A stretch of 32,000 bases of DNA from Vibrio cholerae ATCC 14035 (lineage in GTDB: Bacteria; Pseudomonadota; Gammaproteobacteria; Enterobacterales; Vibrionaceae): NCBI RefSeq assembly GCF_000621645.1, contig NZ_JHXR01000030.1, positions 2,979 to 34,978 on the forward strand. The letters are read 5' to 3'. Shown piece after piece: positions 15,822 to 25,166 of this stretch (position 1 is its first letter; the number at the start of each line of letters is the position of its first letter). The notes below the pieces were generated by a model. The model did not search any database and was not told where the DNA came from. It saw only the letters and a program-made list of their open reading frames with translations. Position numbers and translations under genes: made by a program.

Positions 15822-16538
15822 ATGAGCTTATCCCCAGCAGCACGCCATAAATTGGCAGTATTAGCCACCCCAGCAGCGGCAGCTCATGCCGCTGCAGCGG
15901 AAAGCCTCGACAGCTTGCACCTTCGCTTAGTTGAGTTTGAGCAAGATAAACAAGTGCTGAAAGGCTTTGTGCAAATTTCGGAAAAGGTCAACCACAAACG
16001 TGATGTGCTGATCCCGAAATACAAACCACTGGCTGAAAAATACCTCGCTGCTGGGGAAAGCTATCAAAACCCCATTTTTACAGATCTCATCGTTTGGTTA
16101 TTCGACATCGGTGATCTGGAAACCGCCGTGGAATGGCTATTCAAAGCCATCGAGCTAAACCTACCCACGCCGGAAAACTTTAAACGCTCAAGCTGGGCAA
16201 TTGTCTGCGCGGATTTCGTCCTCGAATGGGCAGAACGCCAGCTACCGAACGGCCACTCAATCGAGCCTTACTTCTCCCGTGTATTCGAGAAAATCGACAA
16301 AGAGTGGGTATTACCCGAAGTCGTTGAAGCCAAGTGGTACAAGTTCGCGGGTTACGGCCTGCTGATGAACGAAAAAGGCGAACCACAACCCAGTTTAATT
16401 GGTGATCTGGAGCGGTTGCAAAAGGCCAAAGCCTTACTCATCACCGCCCATGAAAAGCACGACAAAATCGGGGTGAAAACCAAGATTAACCAGATTGATA
16501 TGCGTATCAACGCGATCAACGAAGGCAAGAATTTGTAA
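15822..16538 (+). CDS. M: Terminase small (endonuclease) subunit, P2 gpM family
   Basis: The N-terminus MSLSPAARHKLAVL resembles gpM MTSPAQRHMMRV. Position is directly after the capsid gene. Confidence 0.8.
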   Translation: MSLSPAARHKLAVLATPAAAAHAAAAESLDSLHLRLVEFEQDKQVLKGFVQISEKVNHKRDVLIPKYKPLAEKYLAAGESYQNPIFTDLIVWLFDIGDLETAVEWLFKAIELNLPTPENFKRSSWAIVCADFVLEWAERQLPNGHSIEPYFSRVFEKIDKEWVLPEVVEAKWYKFAGYGLLMNEKGEPQPSLIGDLERLQKAKALLITAHEKHDKIGVKTKINQIDMRINAINEGKNL

Positions 16539-16644
16539 AGCTCCTACGCCGCCGCGCTCGGCTGGCGAGGTTGCAATAACCTGCGTGGTTCATTGCTATA
16601 CCGTCGACCCAGTGGCTAGAGCGCACCTATTTAGAGAGAAACGC

Positions 16645-17106
16645 ATGTTCACAGGCAGCAACACCAGCTTTCAGGATACCACCATCGAGAACGATGGATT
16701 CTGGCCAAACATCAACGCAGGAGATTTCGAACGCCTGCGTGGAACGCCAGCCGCGCAAGACGATGAGCGCATCGCTCACGCTGTGGTTAACGCCATCGCA
16801 TCGGTAAACCTGCAACTGAGTGATCTGAAAGCCAAGTACATCGCCGCAGGTCATGCCAGCGCAGCAGACGTGCCAGCGTTTCCAAAAGTGAATGATAAAA
16901 ACCTCATCGTCATTCAGTACCAAAGCGCCGTGTTTGCTCGGGCAAAAGCCGATTTACTGCCCGATTTCGCCACCGTCAGCCAGAAAAAAGAAGGTGATCA
17001 CCTCGCTGAGCGATCACAAGAAACCAAAAACGAACTGCTGGCCGAAAGTGAACGCATCATCCGCAATATGCTCGGCAAAAATCGCGCAAGCGTGGAGCTG
17101 ATATGA
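16645..17106 (+). CDS. L: Head completion/stabilisation protein, P2 gpL family
   Basis: The product has FWPNINAGDFERLRG and a C-terminal ...RASVELI, as in gpL. Start taken at ATG 16645; the track's upstream extension lacks support. Confidence 0.8.
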   Translation: MFTGSNTSFQDTTIENDGFWPNINAGDFERLRGTPAAQDDERIAHAVVNAIASVNLQLSDLKAKYIAAGHASAADVPAFPKVNDKNLIVIQYQSAVFARAKADLLPDFATVSQKKEGDHLAERSQETKNELLAESERIIRNMLGKNRASVELI

Positions 17107-17585
17107 GTACGCAATATCAAGCGGGTTACAAGATGAGAGCTTTGAGAAAACACATTGAAGAGTGTGTAGGTGATCAAATCGCTCAAAGGCTTGAGGCTGA
17201 AATGACGGATATCTCGTTGAAGTTATTACCCAAACACATGGGCAATGGCTTCAACTTAATGCAGCAAAAATACAGAGCAGAGTTTTATTTCGACAGATTC
17301 CCGTTCAAGAAATACGACCCTGCGGTGCTATTTGCCAATGTTGGCGCATGGATTCTTGACCATGATCTTGACCGAGCGGAAAGCAATGGGCTGCGTGACC
17401 CAGATATTGATGTAGTTCTTGAAGATGAAAACAGTGCTGAAGTGCTAGTCATCATTGAATTTGAAGAAGATATCAAAATCATCGAATGCGAAAACGGTGG
17501 CATCAAATGGCGTGGGAAAAAATGGAAAATCGCTGAATACGAAATTTGGGTAGCTGAAAACCTGATCGATGTGGTGAACAGATGA
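17103..17585 (+). CDS. Tail completion protein, gpR-like
   Basis: The 160-aa size, the position after gpL and a coupled ATGA start fit gpR. Similarity in block layout to P2 gpR is loose. Confidence 0.5.
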   Translation: MSTQYQAGYKMRALRKHIEECVGDQIAQRLEAEMTDISLKLLPKHMGNGFNLMQQKYRAEFYFDRFPFKKYDPAVLFANVGAWILDHDLDRAESNGLRDPDIDVVLEDENSAEVLVIIEFEEDIKIIECENGGIKWRGKKWKIAEYEIWVAENLIDVVNR

Positions 17586-18238
17586 TAACGATTAGAGCAG
17601 ACAGAGATAGCCAATTAATGCTTATGGAGTCGTTAAAACTCTTAACGTTGCCAGCAAAAAAGAAGAAAGGCTTGCTAGAACAGGCTGCGCTGATTTCACG
17701 CGAAAAATCACGTTCAAATGCTGCTAAGCAGGAAAGCCAAGAGGGAACTGCTTGGAAAGAGAGGAAGCGGCTAAGCGGAAAAAAAAGCCGAAAGAAAATG
17801 CTTCAAGGAATAGCTCGCTTAATGGGGGTTATTAGTGTTGATGAAAAGCGTGCGGTAGTCGGCTGGAAAGTCGGTATGACGTCCAAAATAGCGGCTTATC
17901 ACCACTCTGGTGGCAGCTACAAAATGAGCGCTTCAAAAATCAGGGCGATAAGAGGAAAGCCAGATTACCAAGCTCAAGCAACAAAAGAGCAAGCTAGAGC
18001 TTTAAGAAAAGAAGGGTTTAAGGCTCGGATTAACGGAAGAAAACGTAGGCCAACGAATACATGGGTAATGGAAAACCTGAAACAAGGTCAAGCGGGGTTA
18101 ATTATCCGATTACTAAGAAACTCCAAGCAAGTTAGAAGTTGGGACATAAAGGCAGAAACACGTCAATTTGTACAAGTGGATAGCCCTGAAATTCTTCGAC
18201 TTTACCGTAAAGCAATATCACCAAGCAGGAGCAAATAA
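17582..18238 (+). CDS. Virion morphogenesis / tail completion protein, gpS (Mu G)-like
   Basis: The product is basic. Its position and loose pattern (…QESQEGTAWKERK…KKMLQGIARL…AAYHHSGG) resemble the gpS family. Confidence 0.5.
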   Translation: MITIRADRDSQLMLMESLKLLTLPAKKKKGLLEQAALISREKSRSNAAKQESQEGTAWKERKRLSGKKSRKKMLQGIARLMGVISVDEKRAVVGWKVGMTSKIAAYHHSGGSYKMSASKIRAIRGKPDYQAQATKEQARALRKEGFKARINGRKRRPTNTWVMENLKQGQAGLIIRLLRNSKQVRSWDIKAETRQFVQVDSPEILRLYRKAISPSRSK

Positions 18239-18239
18239 C

Positions 18240-19349
18240 ATGGCATGGCCTACCGTTATTATCAAAATCTTAAACCTGATGAATGGCCCGATTGCCGATA
18301 TCGAGTGCCACTTCCTATTCGTCATTCGCGGCACCGTTTCCGGTGACGTTCGCAACCTAATCATGGTCGATTCAACCTCAGACCTTGACGACGTGTTAGC
18401 CGAAGCCAGCGCCGAAGGGCTTGCCATTGTCAAAGCCGCCCAGCTTAACGGCAAACAGGCATGGACAGCGGGCGTGATGATCCTCAGCGAAGAAGACAAC
18501 TGGCAAGACGCTGTCAAAAAAGCCAATGAAGTCTCTAGCTTCGAATTCGTTGTGCTTGGCTTTGATGCCGAAACCAAAGCCATGATCGAAGATGCCATCA
18601 CCCTGCGCACCGAGCTGAAAAACAGCTTAGGCCGTGAAGTCGGCGTGCTGTGCCAACTGCCCGCCATCAACAACGACCCAGCAAACGGCAAAACATGGGC
18701 AGAGTGGTTAGCCGCCACGGTCGCCATCCCAAAAGATGTGGCGAGTGAATACATTTCCGTTGTGCCGAATGTACATGCAGCAGGTGACACACTCGGCAAG
18801 TACGCTGGCCGTCTCGCGAATAAAGAAGTTTCCATCGCAGATTCACCGGCACGAGTGCAAACCGGAAGCGTGTTGGGTAACACCGAGCTGATGAAAGACA
18901 AAGCCGGAAAAGCCCTAGACCTCGCCACCCTAAAAGCGCTTGAGTCTAACCGCATCGCCGTGCCGATGTGGTACCCAGATTACCCCGGTCAATACTGGAC
19001 AACTGGCCGCACCCTCGATGTGCCAGGTGGTGATTACCAAGATATCCGCCACATTCGTGTCGCGATGAAAGCCGCCCGCAAAGTGCGTATTCGTGCCATT
19101 GCCCGCATTGCCGACCGCACACTCAACTCAACGCCGCAAAGCATCGCCGCTGCAAAGCTCTATTTCACCCAAGATTTGCGCACCATGGCACTCACGGGCG
19201 TGCCGGGGGAAATCTACCCACCAGAGGATGAAGACATCCAAATCAAATGGGTAAACAGCACCGATGTAGAAATCTACATGAGCGTTCAGCCCTACGAATG
19301 CCCGGTGAAAATCACCATCGCTATTTCCGTTAAACAAGGGGATTACTAA
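18240..19349 (+). CDS. Contractile tail sheath protein (HP1/K139-type)
   Basis: The 369-aa gene sits upstream of the tube gene. LESNRIAVPMWYPDYPGQYWTTGRTL parallels P2 FI LNESGVTTLIRRDGFRFWGNRT. Start taken at ATG 18240. Confidence 0.65.
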   Translation: MAWPTVIIKILNLMNGPIADIECHFLFVIRGTVSGDVRNLIMVDSTSDLDDVLAEASAEGLAIVKAAQLNGKQAWTAGVMILSEEDNWQDAVKKANEVSSFEFVVLGFDAETKAMIEDAITLRTELKNSLGREVGVLCQLPAINNDPANGKTWAEWLAATVAIPKDVASEYISVVPNVHAAGDTLGKYAGRLANKEVSIADSPARVQTGSVLGNTELMKDKAGKALDLATLKALESNRIAVPMWYPDYPGQYWTTGRTLDVPGGDYQDIRHIRVAMKAARKVRIRAIARIADRTLNSTPQSIAAAKLYFTQDLRTMALTGVPGEIYPPEDEDIQIKWVNSTDVEIYMSVQPYECPVKITIAISVKQGDY

Positions 19350-19807
19350 TGAGCAACGCACGTTTCTCAGGCCGCAACTTTGACACCACGCTATTTGGCG
19401 AATTCGTCCACGTAAAAAGCGCCACCGCAACCATCAACGATGAAAGCGAAGCGGCATATACCCGCGGCGTCACCGATGGCTATACCGACGGCAAAGTGAG
19501 CTGTGATGTTGAAGTAGAACTCGACCTCAACCAGTTCAAAAAAATACACAAAGCCGCCCGTCGAGCGGGCAGCTATCGCGGGATCAAACCTGACGACATG
19601 ATGTTTTACGCCAACAACGGCCAAGACGAAGACAAGGTGGAACTCTTCGGCGTCAAGTTCGTGCTGGCAGACATCCTCAGCATTGACCCAGAAAGCAGCG
19701 ATAAATCCACCCGCAAGCTAAAAGGCTTTGTCACAAGCCCGCTGTTTGTTCGCATTAACGGTGTGCCGTATCTATCGAAAGATGATACTCGCGGCCTGAT
19801 CAACTAG
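19349..19807 (+). CDS. Tail tube protein
   Basis: The 152-aa gene is directly coupled to the sheath gene (TAATG). Size and position fit a tube protein. Confidence 0.55.
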   Translation: MSNARFSGRNFDTTLFGEFVHVKSATATINDESEAAYTRGVTDGYTDGKVSCDVEVELDLNQFKKIHKAARRAGSYRGIKPDDMMFYANNGQDEDKVELFGVKFVLADILSIDPESSDKSTRKLKGFVTSPLFVRINGVPYLSKDDTRGLIN

Positions 19808-19821
19808 CGGTAAGGGCGGTT

Positions 19822-20031
19822 ATGGATGTCATCGACGATGCCGCAAAAACGGAAGCCAAATTCCAACAAATGGCGCTGGCTAACCACAGAGCAAGGGCAA
19901 TGCAAACAGCCTACTTGCCTAGCCGCACCCACTGTTTGGAATGTGACGACCCAATCCCAAAAGAGCGGCAAGAAAAAGTAAAGGGGTGTCAGTATTGCAC
20001 CCCCTGTCAGGCCGCAAAGGAGCAACGATGA
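19822..20031 (+). CDS. DksA/TraR-family C4 zinc-finger protein
   Basis: CLEC-x17-CTPC with the trailing Q is the classic TraR/DksA C4 spacing. Confidence 0.8.
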   Translation: MDVIDDAAKTEAKFQQMALANHRARAMQTAYLPSRTHCLECDDPIPKERQEKVKGCQYCTPCQAAKEQR

Positions 20032-20255
20032 ATCAATGGTTACAGAACCAATGGTTTCAAGAGTGGTTTGAAAAGCTCACCTCCTATATCGCTTATCTGA
20101 TGTCAGGGCTCGGTGTGTTCCTCGGCTTACTCAGTATTGAACAGTGGATATCCATCTTTGTGGGTGTCACTGCCCTAGTCGCCAATATTTGGCATAAACG
20201 CGCGATGCAGAAAATCGCCAAAGAACGAGGAATCTACCTCAATGAAAATAACTAA
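20028..20255 (+). CDS. Holin (two transmembrane segments, charged C-terminus)
   Basis: Transmembrane segments LTSYIAYLMSGLGVFLGLL and WISIFVGVTALVANIW, followed by HKRAMQKIAKERG. The gene lies directly upstream of the endolysin. Confidence 0.65.
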   Translation: MNQWLQNQWFQEWFEKLTSYIAYLMSGLGVFLGLLSIEQWISIFVGVTALVANIWHKRAMQKIAKERGIYLNENN

Positions 20256-20829
20256 AAAAATTTGGTGCTCAGTCGCCGCCGTGATCAGCCTTATCACGGG
20301 CGGGGCGATAGTCGGCCAAGAATACGTACAGCCAGTTGGTCAAGTGGTGATCGAAGGCCAAGCCCTTGGTGAACTACGCATCAGCCCAAAAGGGCTAGAA
20401 ATTATTGGAAACGCAGAAGGTTGCCGACAAGACCCTTATAAATGTCCGGCAGGTCTAATGACTAATGGAATTGGTAACACCCATGGTGTGCCGAATCACG
20501 TAGTGACACTTGAGCAAATTGCCAAAGATTGGGTGAAAAACATCAAAGAGGCAGAGCAATGTGTAACGGACGCTGAACGTCTGTCTGGGCGAAGGTTGAA
20601 TCAAGGGCAGTTCGATGGTTTTACATCATTTGTTTTCAATTTTGGATGTACCAAATTTCGAAAAAATAAAGATGGGACAGACACACGAATCTATCGAGCA
20701 ATTAAACAAGGACGATTTATTCAAGGCTGCGGCCATATTCAAGAATGGGTGAAATTCGATGGAATAGTCCTGCCGGGGCTAGTCACTCGAAGAGGCTTGG
20801 AATATGCCAGATGTATGGAAGTGGATTAA
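20242..20829 (+). CDS. SAR endolysin, GH24 lysozyme of the P1 Lyz type
   Basis: The N-terminal weakly hydrophobic SAR segment is KKIWCSVAAVISLITGGAIVG. The catalytic region NAEGCRQDPYKCPAGLMTNGIGNTHG gives E59, C61, C68 and T74. Confidence 0.85.
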   Translation: MKITKKIWCSVAAVISLITGGAIVGQEYVQPVGQVVIEGQALGELRISPKGLEIIGNAEGCRQDPYKCPAGLMTNGIGNTHGVPNHVVTLEQIAKDWVKNIKEAEQCVTDAERLSGRRLNQGQFDGFTSFVFNFGCTKFRKNKDGTDTRIYRAIKQGRFIQGCGHIQEWVKFDGIVLPGLVTRRGLEYARCMEVD

Positions 20830-21145
20830 AGCCATCGGCTTAGCGGCATTGCTGATCACCATCCTAGTTTTAGGGTTACAGCTCAAAGCCAGCCAAGCCG
20901 AACAAATCACGCTGAGTGAAAAACTCAGCCAAGCGCAGGCAGATAACCAAAGCAATTTAACCACCATCGCCACCCTGAAAGGGGAAGCCGCAGAACACAA
21001 TGCACTGATGGTGAAAAGGCAGCAGGAACGAAACCAAAGCGAGGCGAAATTAAATGACGACATCGCAAAGCTTAAAGCGCAAATGGCAGGTATTGAATGC
21101 CACATTCCTGATGCTGTTACTCAGCGGCTGCGCGAACCGTACTGA
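20804..21145 (+). CDS. i-spanin (Rz / LysB-like)
   Basis: An N-terminal transmembrane segment (WIKAIGLAALLITILVLGL) is followed by a coiled-coil-like periplasmic domain. Confidence 0.7.
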   Translation: MPDVWKWIKAIGLAALLITILVLGLQLKASQAEQITLSEKLSQAQADNQSNLTTIATLKGEAAEHNALMVKRQQERNQSEAKLNDDIAKLKAQMAGIECHIPDAVTQRLREPY

Positions 21146-21356
21146 AACCGTTTCAACACAGGTGATCTTTCGATTACCTCCCCCGGGTATGCTCGTGCCA
21201 TGCAACAAACCGAGCGTGCAAGGCACATGGCCAGAAGTCGTCAGCGAAGACATTCCACGCCTAAAGCAAGCACTCAAAGAGTGCAATCAACAAATTGAAG
21301 ACTATTTGAACTGGCGCACACAGCGCGAACAACCAACAGAGAGAGAAACACCATGA
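21054..21356 (+). CDS. o-spanin lipoprotein (Rz1 / LysC-like), overlapped architecture
   Basis: Lipobox LLLSGC. The gene starts inside the Rz frame and extends beyond its stop. The mature part is proline-rich. Confidence 0.65.
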   Translation: MTTSQSLKRKWQVLNATFLMLLLSGCANRTETVSTQVIFRLPPPGMLVPCNKPSVQGTWPEVVSEDIPRLKQALKECNQQIEDYLNWRTQREQPTERETP

Positions 21357-21634
21357 CTAAACCTGTTTTCACAACCAAGCCTGTAACCGTTGATATTAAT
21401 GGCATTGAATTTAACTTCGCACCTGGTGTGGCTGATGCCAACAACTACGCGAACAGTGTTGCGCAAGATAGCAAAGTGGAACCTGCGCGTACCTACTTAG
21501 AGCGCACCGTGGATAAAGAACAAAAAGAAGCACTGATGGAGCTGATGAATACCGTTCCGGGGCTAGTCATGGATTTATTCGGTACGGTATTTAACGCGTC
21601 TAAGGGTGGCGTAAAAATCACCCTAAAAAACTAA
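21353..21634 (+). CDS. Tail assembly chaperone, gpE-like (zero-frame product)
   Basis: The 93-aa gene lies immediately upstream of the tape measure gene and ends in a slippery heptamer. Confidence 0.6.
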   Translation: MTKPVFTTKPVTVDINGIEFNFAPGVADANNYANSVAQDSKVEPARTYLERTVDKEQKEALMELMNTVPGLVMDLFGTVFNASKGGVKITLKN

Positions 21635-21819
21635 AAGAGCGGGTAGAGCGCATCGAAGAGAACGGCATCGAACAAGCGTTCATTTTGCGGCGTCATTACC
21701 TACCCAATGAAGATGATGACCCGCAAAACCTCGCCCGCGCACTGTGGCTGGATAAGTTAGAAAAAGAGCGCACCGAATATGCGGTGATGTCCGCAATATC
21801 AAAGCTGTTTAAACGTTAA
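21353..21819 (+). CDS. Frameshifted chaperone (gpE+E'-like) fusion product
   Basis: The -1 frame extension reads LKERVERIEENGIEQAFILRRHYLPNEDDDPQNLARALWLDKLEKERTEYAVMSAISKLFKR and stops at 21817-21819, 12 nt before the tape measure ATG. It is not in the ORF track. Confidence 0.5.
21625..21631 (+). other. -1 programmed frameshift slippery heptamer A AAA AAC
   Basis: The zero frame reads CTA AAA AAC TAA. The -1 frame is open from 21631 for 62 further codons. Confidence 0.55.
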
Positions 21820-21830
21820 ATGGTAACCGA

Positions 21831-23648
21831 ATGGATGAAAAGCTGATGATGGTGATTGGTCTAGTTGACCAAATCACCAAGCCACTGCAAGGCATCACCA
21901 CCGAAATTAATGGAGCCATGAGTGCCGCTGAAAAAGGCATGGAACAGGCTGCAAAGGGTGGTGCTGGCTTGTGGGCGACAGGCGTTGCCATTCAAAATGC
22001 GTTGATGCCCGCCATTGAAATTAACCGCAAGATTGGTGAAGTAAAATCACTCAATGTCGCGGCGGATACCCTAGAACACCTGAAAAATACAGCGCTGGAT
22101 TTTTCAGGCGAATACGGTAAGTCAGCCACTGAATTTATCGGGGCGGCTTACGATATTCAATCTGCTATCGCAGGGTTAAAAGGCACTGAGCTTTCAGATT
22201 TTACCAAAAGCTCGGGCATTCTTGCGGCGGCGACCAAAGCAGACACCGCAACCATTACCAACTACATGGGCACCATGTATGGCATTTTTGAAAAAGATGC
22301 CGCAGCACTCGGAAACTCAAACTGGGTAGAACGTGTGACAGGCATGACCGCACAAGCGGTGCAGATGTTTAAAACCGATGGTAATAAAATGTCTCAGGCG
22401 TTCAGTTCGCTTGGTTCATCAGCAACCGCCATGGGTGTGGATATGGCCGAGCAAATGGCCGTGCTTGGTATGCTCTCCGCCACCATGGGTGGAGGCGAAG
22501 CCGCCACGAAATACACCGCCTTCCTTGGCGGCGCAGTAAAAGCACAAGAAAAACTCGGGCTATCTTTCTTCGACTCATACGGAAAAATGCTACCGATGGC
22601 CGATATGTTGGAGTCAATTCAACAGCGTATTGGGCATTTCTCGACAGATGAACAATTTGCCATTCTCTCTGATGCATTCGGTTCGGGTGAGGCGGTAAAA
22701 CTTATTCAAAACCTGCAAAGCAAAACTGATGAGCTCGCTCAGAAAGTGGTTGAGCTAGATAAAAACTCAACCATGGAAACCGCCATCACTATGGCGAAAG
22801 CGATGACAGATCAATCGCAGCGTTTAGAAAACTCATGGTTCGCTATTCGAACCGCAGCATTTGGAATGGTTTTACCAGCCTTCAATGCCGTAACAGGCAG
22901 CATCGCCGATGGCCTAATGTGGCTCACATCCATGACTAAAGAGTATCCCACATTAACCACTGCACTGAGTACTGTTTCGATCATCGCTTTATCTTTTGGC
23001 GGTGTGGTTGCCTCTCTCTCGCTCGTGATGGGAATAGCCAAAATGATGGCAGGAGGTTGGAAAGTGACCATGCTTGGGCTAACCGGAATATTAAAGCTGT
23101 TTAGAATATTAACTTTGGATGCTGCAACGGGAACGTGGGTATTCAACTCAGCATTGTGGGCAAACCCGATAACATGGGTGGTTGCTGGCATTTTGGCGTT
23201 AATCGCTGCAGTCGGCGCAATGATTTACTGGTGGGACGAAATCAAAGCCTCTTTTGCGGATACCACTTGGTTCAAAATCATCGCAGCCGCCATAGATGGC
23301 GTGATTGAAATGCTCAACATGATCCCCGGCATCAACATCGAGTGGCGTGCCGGAGAACTGCCCGATGTGCCAGTACCAGAAACCCAACCCGCCATCGCAA
23401 AAGCCGTTCCTGTACTGCCAGATGTCGCGGCGCTTGAAGCCTCGCGCCCAAGCATGGATAGCACACTCATTGACTACAAACGGCCAGAGAACACCCCGCA
23501 GCTATCCAAAAACATGGTGAACAACCTCAACAGCAGCGAAAGCCGCACAACCCATAACGTGCGCCAGTACGGTGATGTTTACATCACGCCACAAGGCGGC
23601 ATGACGCCAGAACAGCTTGCAGAATGGGATGAACTCAATGCCGGATAA
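21831..23648 (+). CDS. Tail tape measure protein
   Basis: The 605-aa product is Ala/Gly/Met-rich and helical with central hydrophobic segments. It follows the chaperone pair. Confidence 0.85.
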   Translation: MDEKLMMVIGLVDQITKPLQGITTEINGAMSAAEKGMEQAAKGGAGLWATGVAIQNALMPAIEINRKIGEVKSLNVAADTLEHLKNTALDFSGEYGKSATEFIGAAYDIQSAIAGLKGTELSDFTKSSGILAAATKADTATITNYMGTMYGIFEKDAAALGNSNWVERVTGMTAQAVQMFKTDGNKMSQAFSSLGSSATAMGVDMAEQMAVLGMLSATMGGGEAATKYTAFLGGAVKAQEKLGLSFFDSYGKMLPMADMLESIQQRIGHFSTDEQFAILSDAFGSGEAVKLIQNLQSKTDELAQKVVELDKNSTMETAITMAKAMTDQSQRLENSWFAIRTAAFGMVLPAFNAVTGSIADGLMWLTSMTKEYPTLTTALSTVSIIALSFGGVVASLSLVMGIAKMMAGGWKVTMLGLTGILKLFRILTLDAATGTWVFNSALWANPITWVVAGILALIAAVGAMIYWWDEIKASFADTTWFKIIAAAIDGVIEMLNMIPGINIEWRAGELPDVPVPETQPAIAKAVPVLPDVAALEASRPSMDSTLIDYKRPENTPQLSKNMVNNLNSSESRTTHNVRQYGDVYITPQGGMTPEQLAEWDELNAG

Positions 23649-23970
23649 ACGCTATATCGATATCAAAGTCATCGACGGCGGCTGGAAGATAGACGCAGGA
23701 GCGCAGCCAACCCAATGCAGCGACCTTTACAGCATCGCTCAGGACATCAAACACGCGATCATGGAAAGCGGGCTGGCACGCAAATTAGTGGCAGAACGTA
23801 ACCCCATTTTACGTGCAGACGTACTGCTGCAAATCGAACAAAAAGCCGAGTTGGATAACCGCATTATTCCCGGCACGGCGAAAGCCACAGAAAGCGAAGC
23901 AGGAAACATCCTACTCACTGCCAACGCATACGACTACGAGCAACCCATCAGCACCGAGGTGATCGCATGA
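23638..23970 (+). CDS. Small baseplate-associated protein (gpW/gp25 position)
   Basis: About 110 aa. ATG 23638 overlaps the end of the tape measure gene, and the gene is directly upstream of the J-like gene. The call rests on position only. Confidence 0.4.
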   Translation: MPDKRYIDIKVIDGGWKIDAGAQPTQCSDLYSIAQDIKHAIMESGLARKLVAERNPILRADVLLQIEQKAELDNRIIPGTAKATESEAGNILLTANAYDYEQPISTEVIA

Positions 23971-25166
23971 GCAAAAGACCGCAGGCCGACTTTGTCGAAA
24001 TACTCTCAGAATCGGGCGTGCCAGTTACTGAGGATGCCTTCGAGGCCGCGCTCAAAGCAGACGTGACAGAGTCAGGAAGCCTCTTGTCCAACGATTCGCA
24101 AATGTCACCCTTCTGGCGTTGGGTTCGTGCTGCTGTTGTGACACCTGCCGTGTGGCTGATCCGCACACTGCTCGCAGGGCATGTCATGCCCAATATCTTT
24201 GTGGGTACGGCGGAACGTTGGGCGCTAGAGCTAAAAGCATGGGAATACAACGTCACGCCCAAAGGCGCAGTGAGCACCCAAGGCTTAATCACCTTCACCA
24301 AAGCCAACGCCGCAGATGAAACCAGTATCGAAGCAGGAACCATCATTCAAACGCCAGAGATTGAAGGCAAGGTGTACAAACTTACCGCAATAAAAACCAC
24401 GGTGATCAAAGCGGGGCAAGCCTCCGGCAAAGTCTTGTGTGAAGCCAGTGAAGCGGGAGCCGCTTACAACCTGCCCGCCGGCTATTTCAGCATTCTGCCG
24501 CAGGGCGTATCGGGCATTGTCTCTGTCACCAATGAAGCGAATTGGATAACCCAACTCGGCGCAGACCAAGAAAGCGACGAAGAATTAGCCCTACGCCTAC
24601 AAAACGCCTTTACCAGTGCGGGCGAATGGCACATTGACGATGTTTACCGCGCCATGATTGCCAGCGTGGCGGGGATCCGTAGTGATAACATCTTCTTTGA
24701 AAACACAGGCCACATCACACCGGGTAGCGCGAATGCTTACATTCTGATGGAAGTGGGCGCAACGCCACAGCATGTGCTTGACCAACTCAATAAACATATC
24801 ATGCAAGACGGCCACCACGGCCACGGTGACGTGCTGACTTGTTTAGCCATCCCAGAGACTCAGCACAGCATCAGTGCGCAGGTGGTCTTTGTCGCGAATC
24901 TCGATGAGATGCAGAAAATCAATGAACTGCTGGAAGTAGAAAACCGCATTCGTGCCGCATTCCGTGAAACAGCGGCTTATCCAGAAATGACCAGAGCGAA
25001 ACCAGAAAGCCGATTCAGCATTTCACAGCTCGCCCATGAAATTCACAGCAAGATGGAGAACGTCGAATCCGTACTCATCAAAGTAGACGGTGAACCAACC
25101 GACATCATCAGCTTGCTCACTCAACCCCGCTTACAAACCCTCACCGTCACGGAGCTGGAACAATGA
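23967..25166 (+). CDS. Baseplate protein, gpJ family
   Basis: The 399-aa product contains ESDEELALRLQNAFTSAG...AYILMEVG, typical of the Baseplate_J layout. Confidence 0.8.
   Translation: MSKRPQADFVEILSESGVPVTEDAFEAALKADVTESGSLLSNDSQMSPFWRWVRAAVVTPAVWLIRTLLAGHVMPNIFVGTAERWALELKAWEYNVTPKGAVSTQGLITFTKANAADETSIEAGTIIQTPEIEGKVYKLTAIKTTVIKAGQASGKVLCEASEAGAAYNLPAGYFSILPQGVSGIVSVTNEANWITQLGADQESDEELALRLQNAFTSAGEWHIDDVYRAMIASVAGIRSDNIFFENTGHITPGSANAYILMEVGATPQHVLDQLNKHIMQDGHHGHGDVLTCLAIPETQHSISAQVVFVANLDEMQKINELLEVENRIRAAFRETAAYPEMTRAKPESRFSISQLAHEIHSKMENVESVLIKVDGEPTDIISLLTQPRLQTLTVTELEQ

Noticed and set aside
16539-16644. A 106-bp GC-rich gap between gpM and gpL containing GGCTGGCGAGG, considered as an alternative cos site.
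   Set aside because: It has no flanking repeat arrays. It lies inside the capsid operon, where no P2-family cos is known. The similarity to the remembered P2 cos is shorter than for the 10047-10065 candidate.
18218-18955. A 245-aa minus-strand ORF antisense to the tail sheath gene. Many similar antisense ORFs occur elsewhere, for example 2409-2807, 4775-5122, 5555-5878, 6260-6643, 12399-12740, 22811-23191, 23948-24346 and 27599-28123.
   Set aside because: Each lies entirely inside a plus- or minus-strand gene with strong family or synteny support. Their products are low-complexity (Ser/Ala/Arg/Leu-rich). They lack RBS and coupling signals. Such shadow ORFs are expected in genes with biased codon usage.
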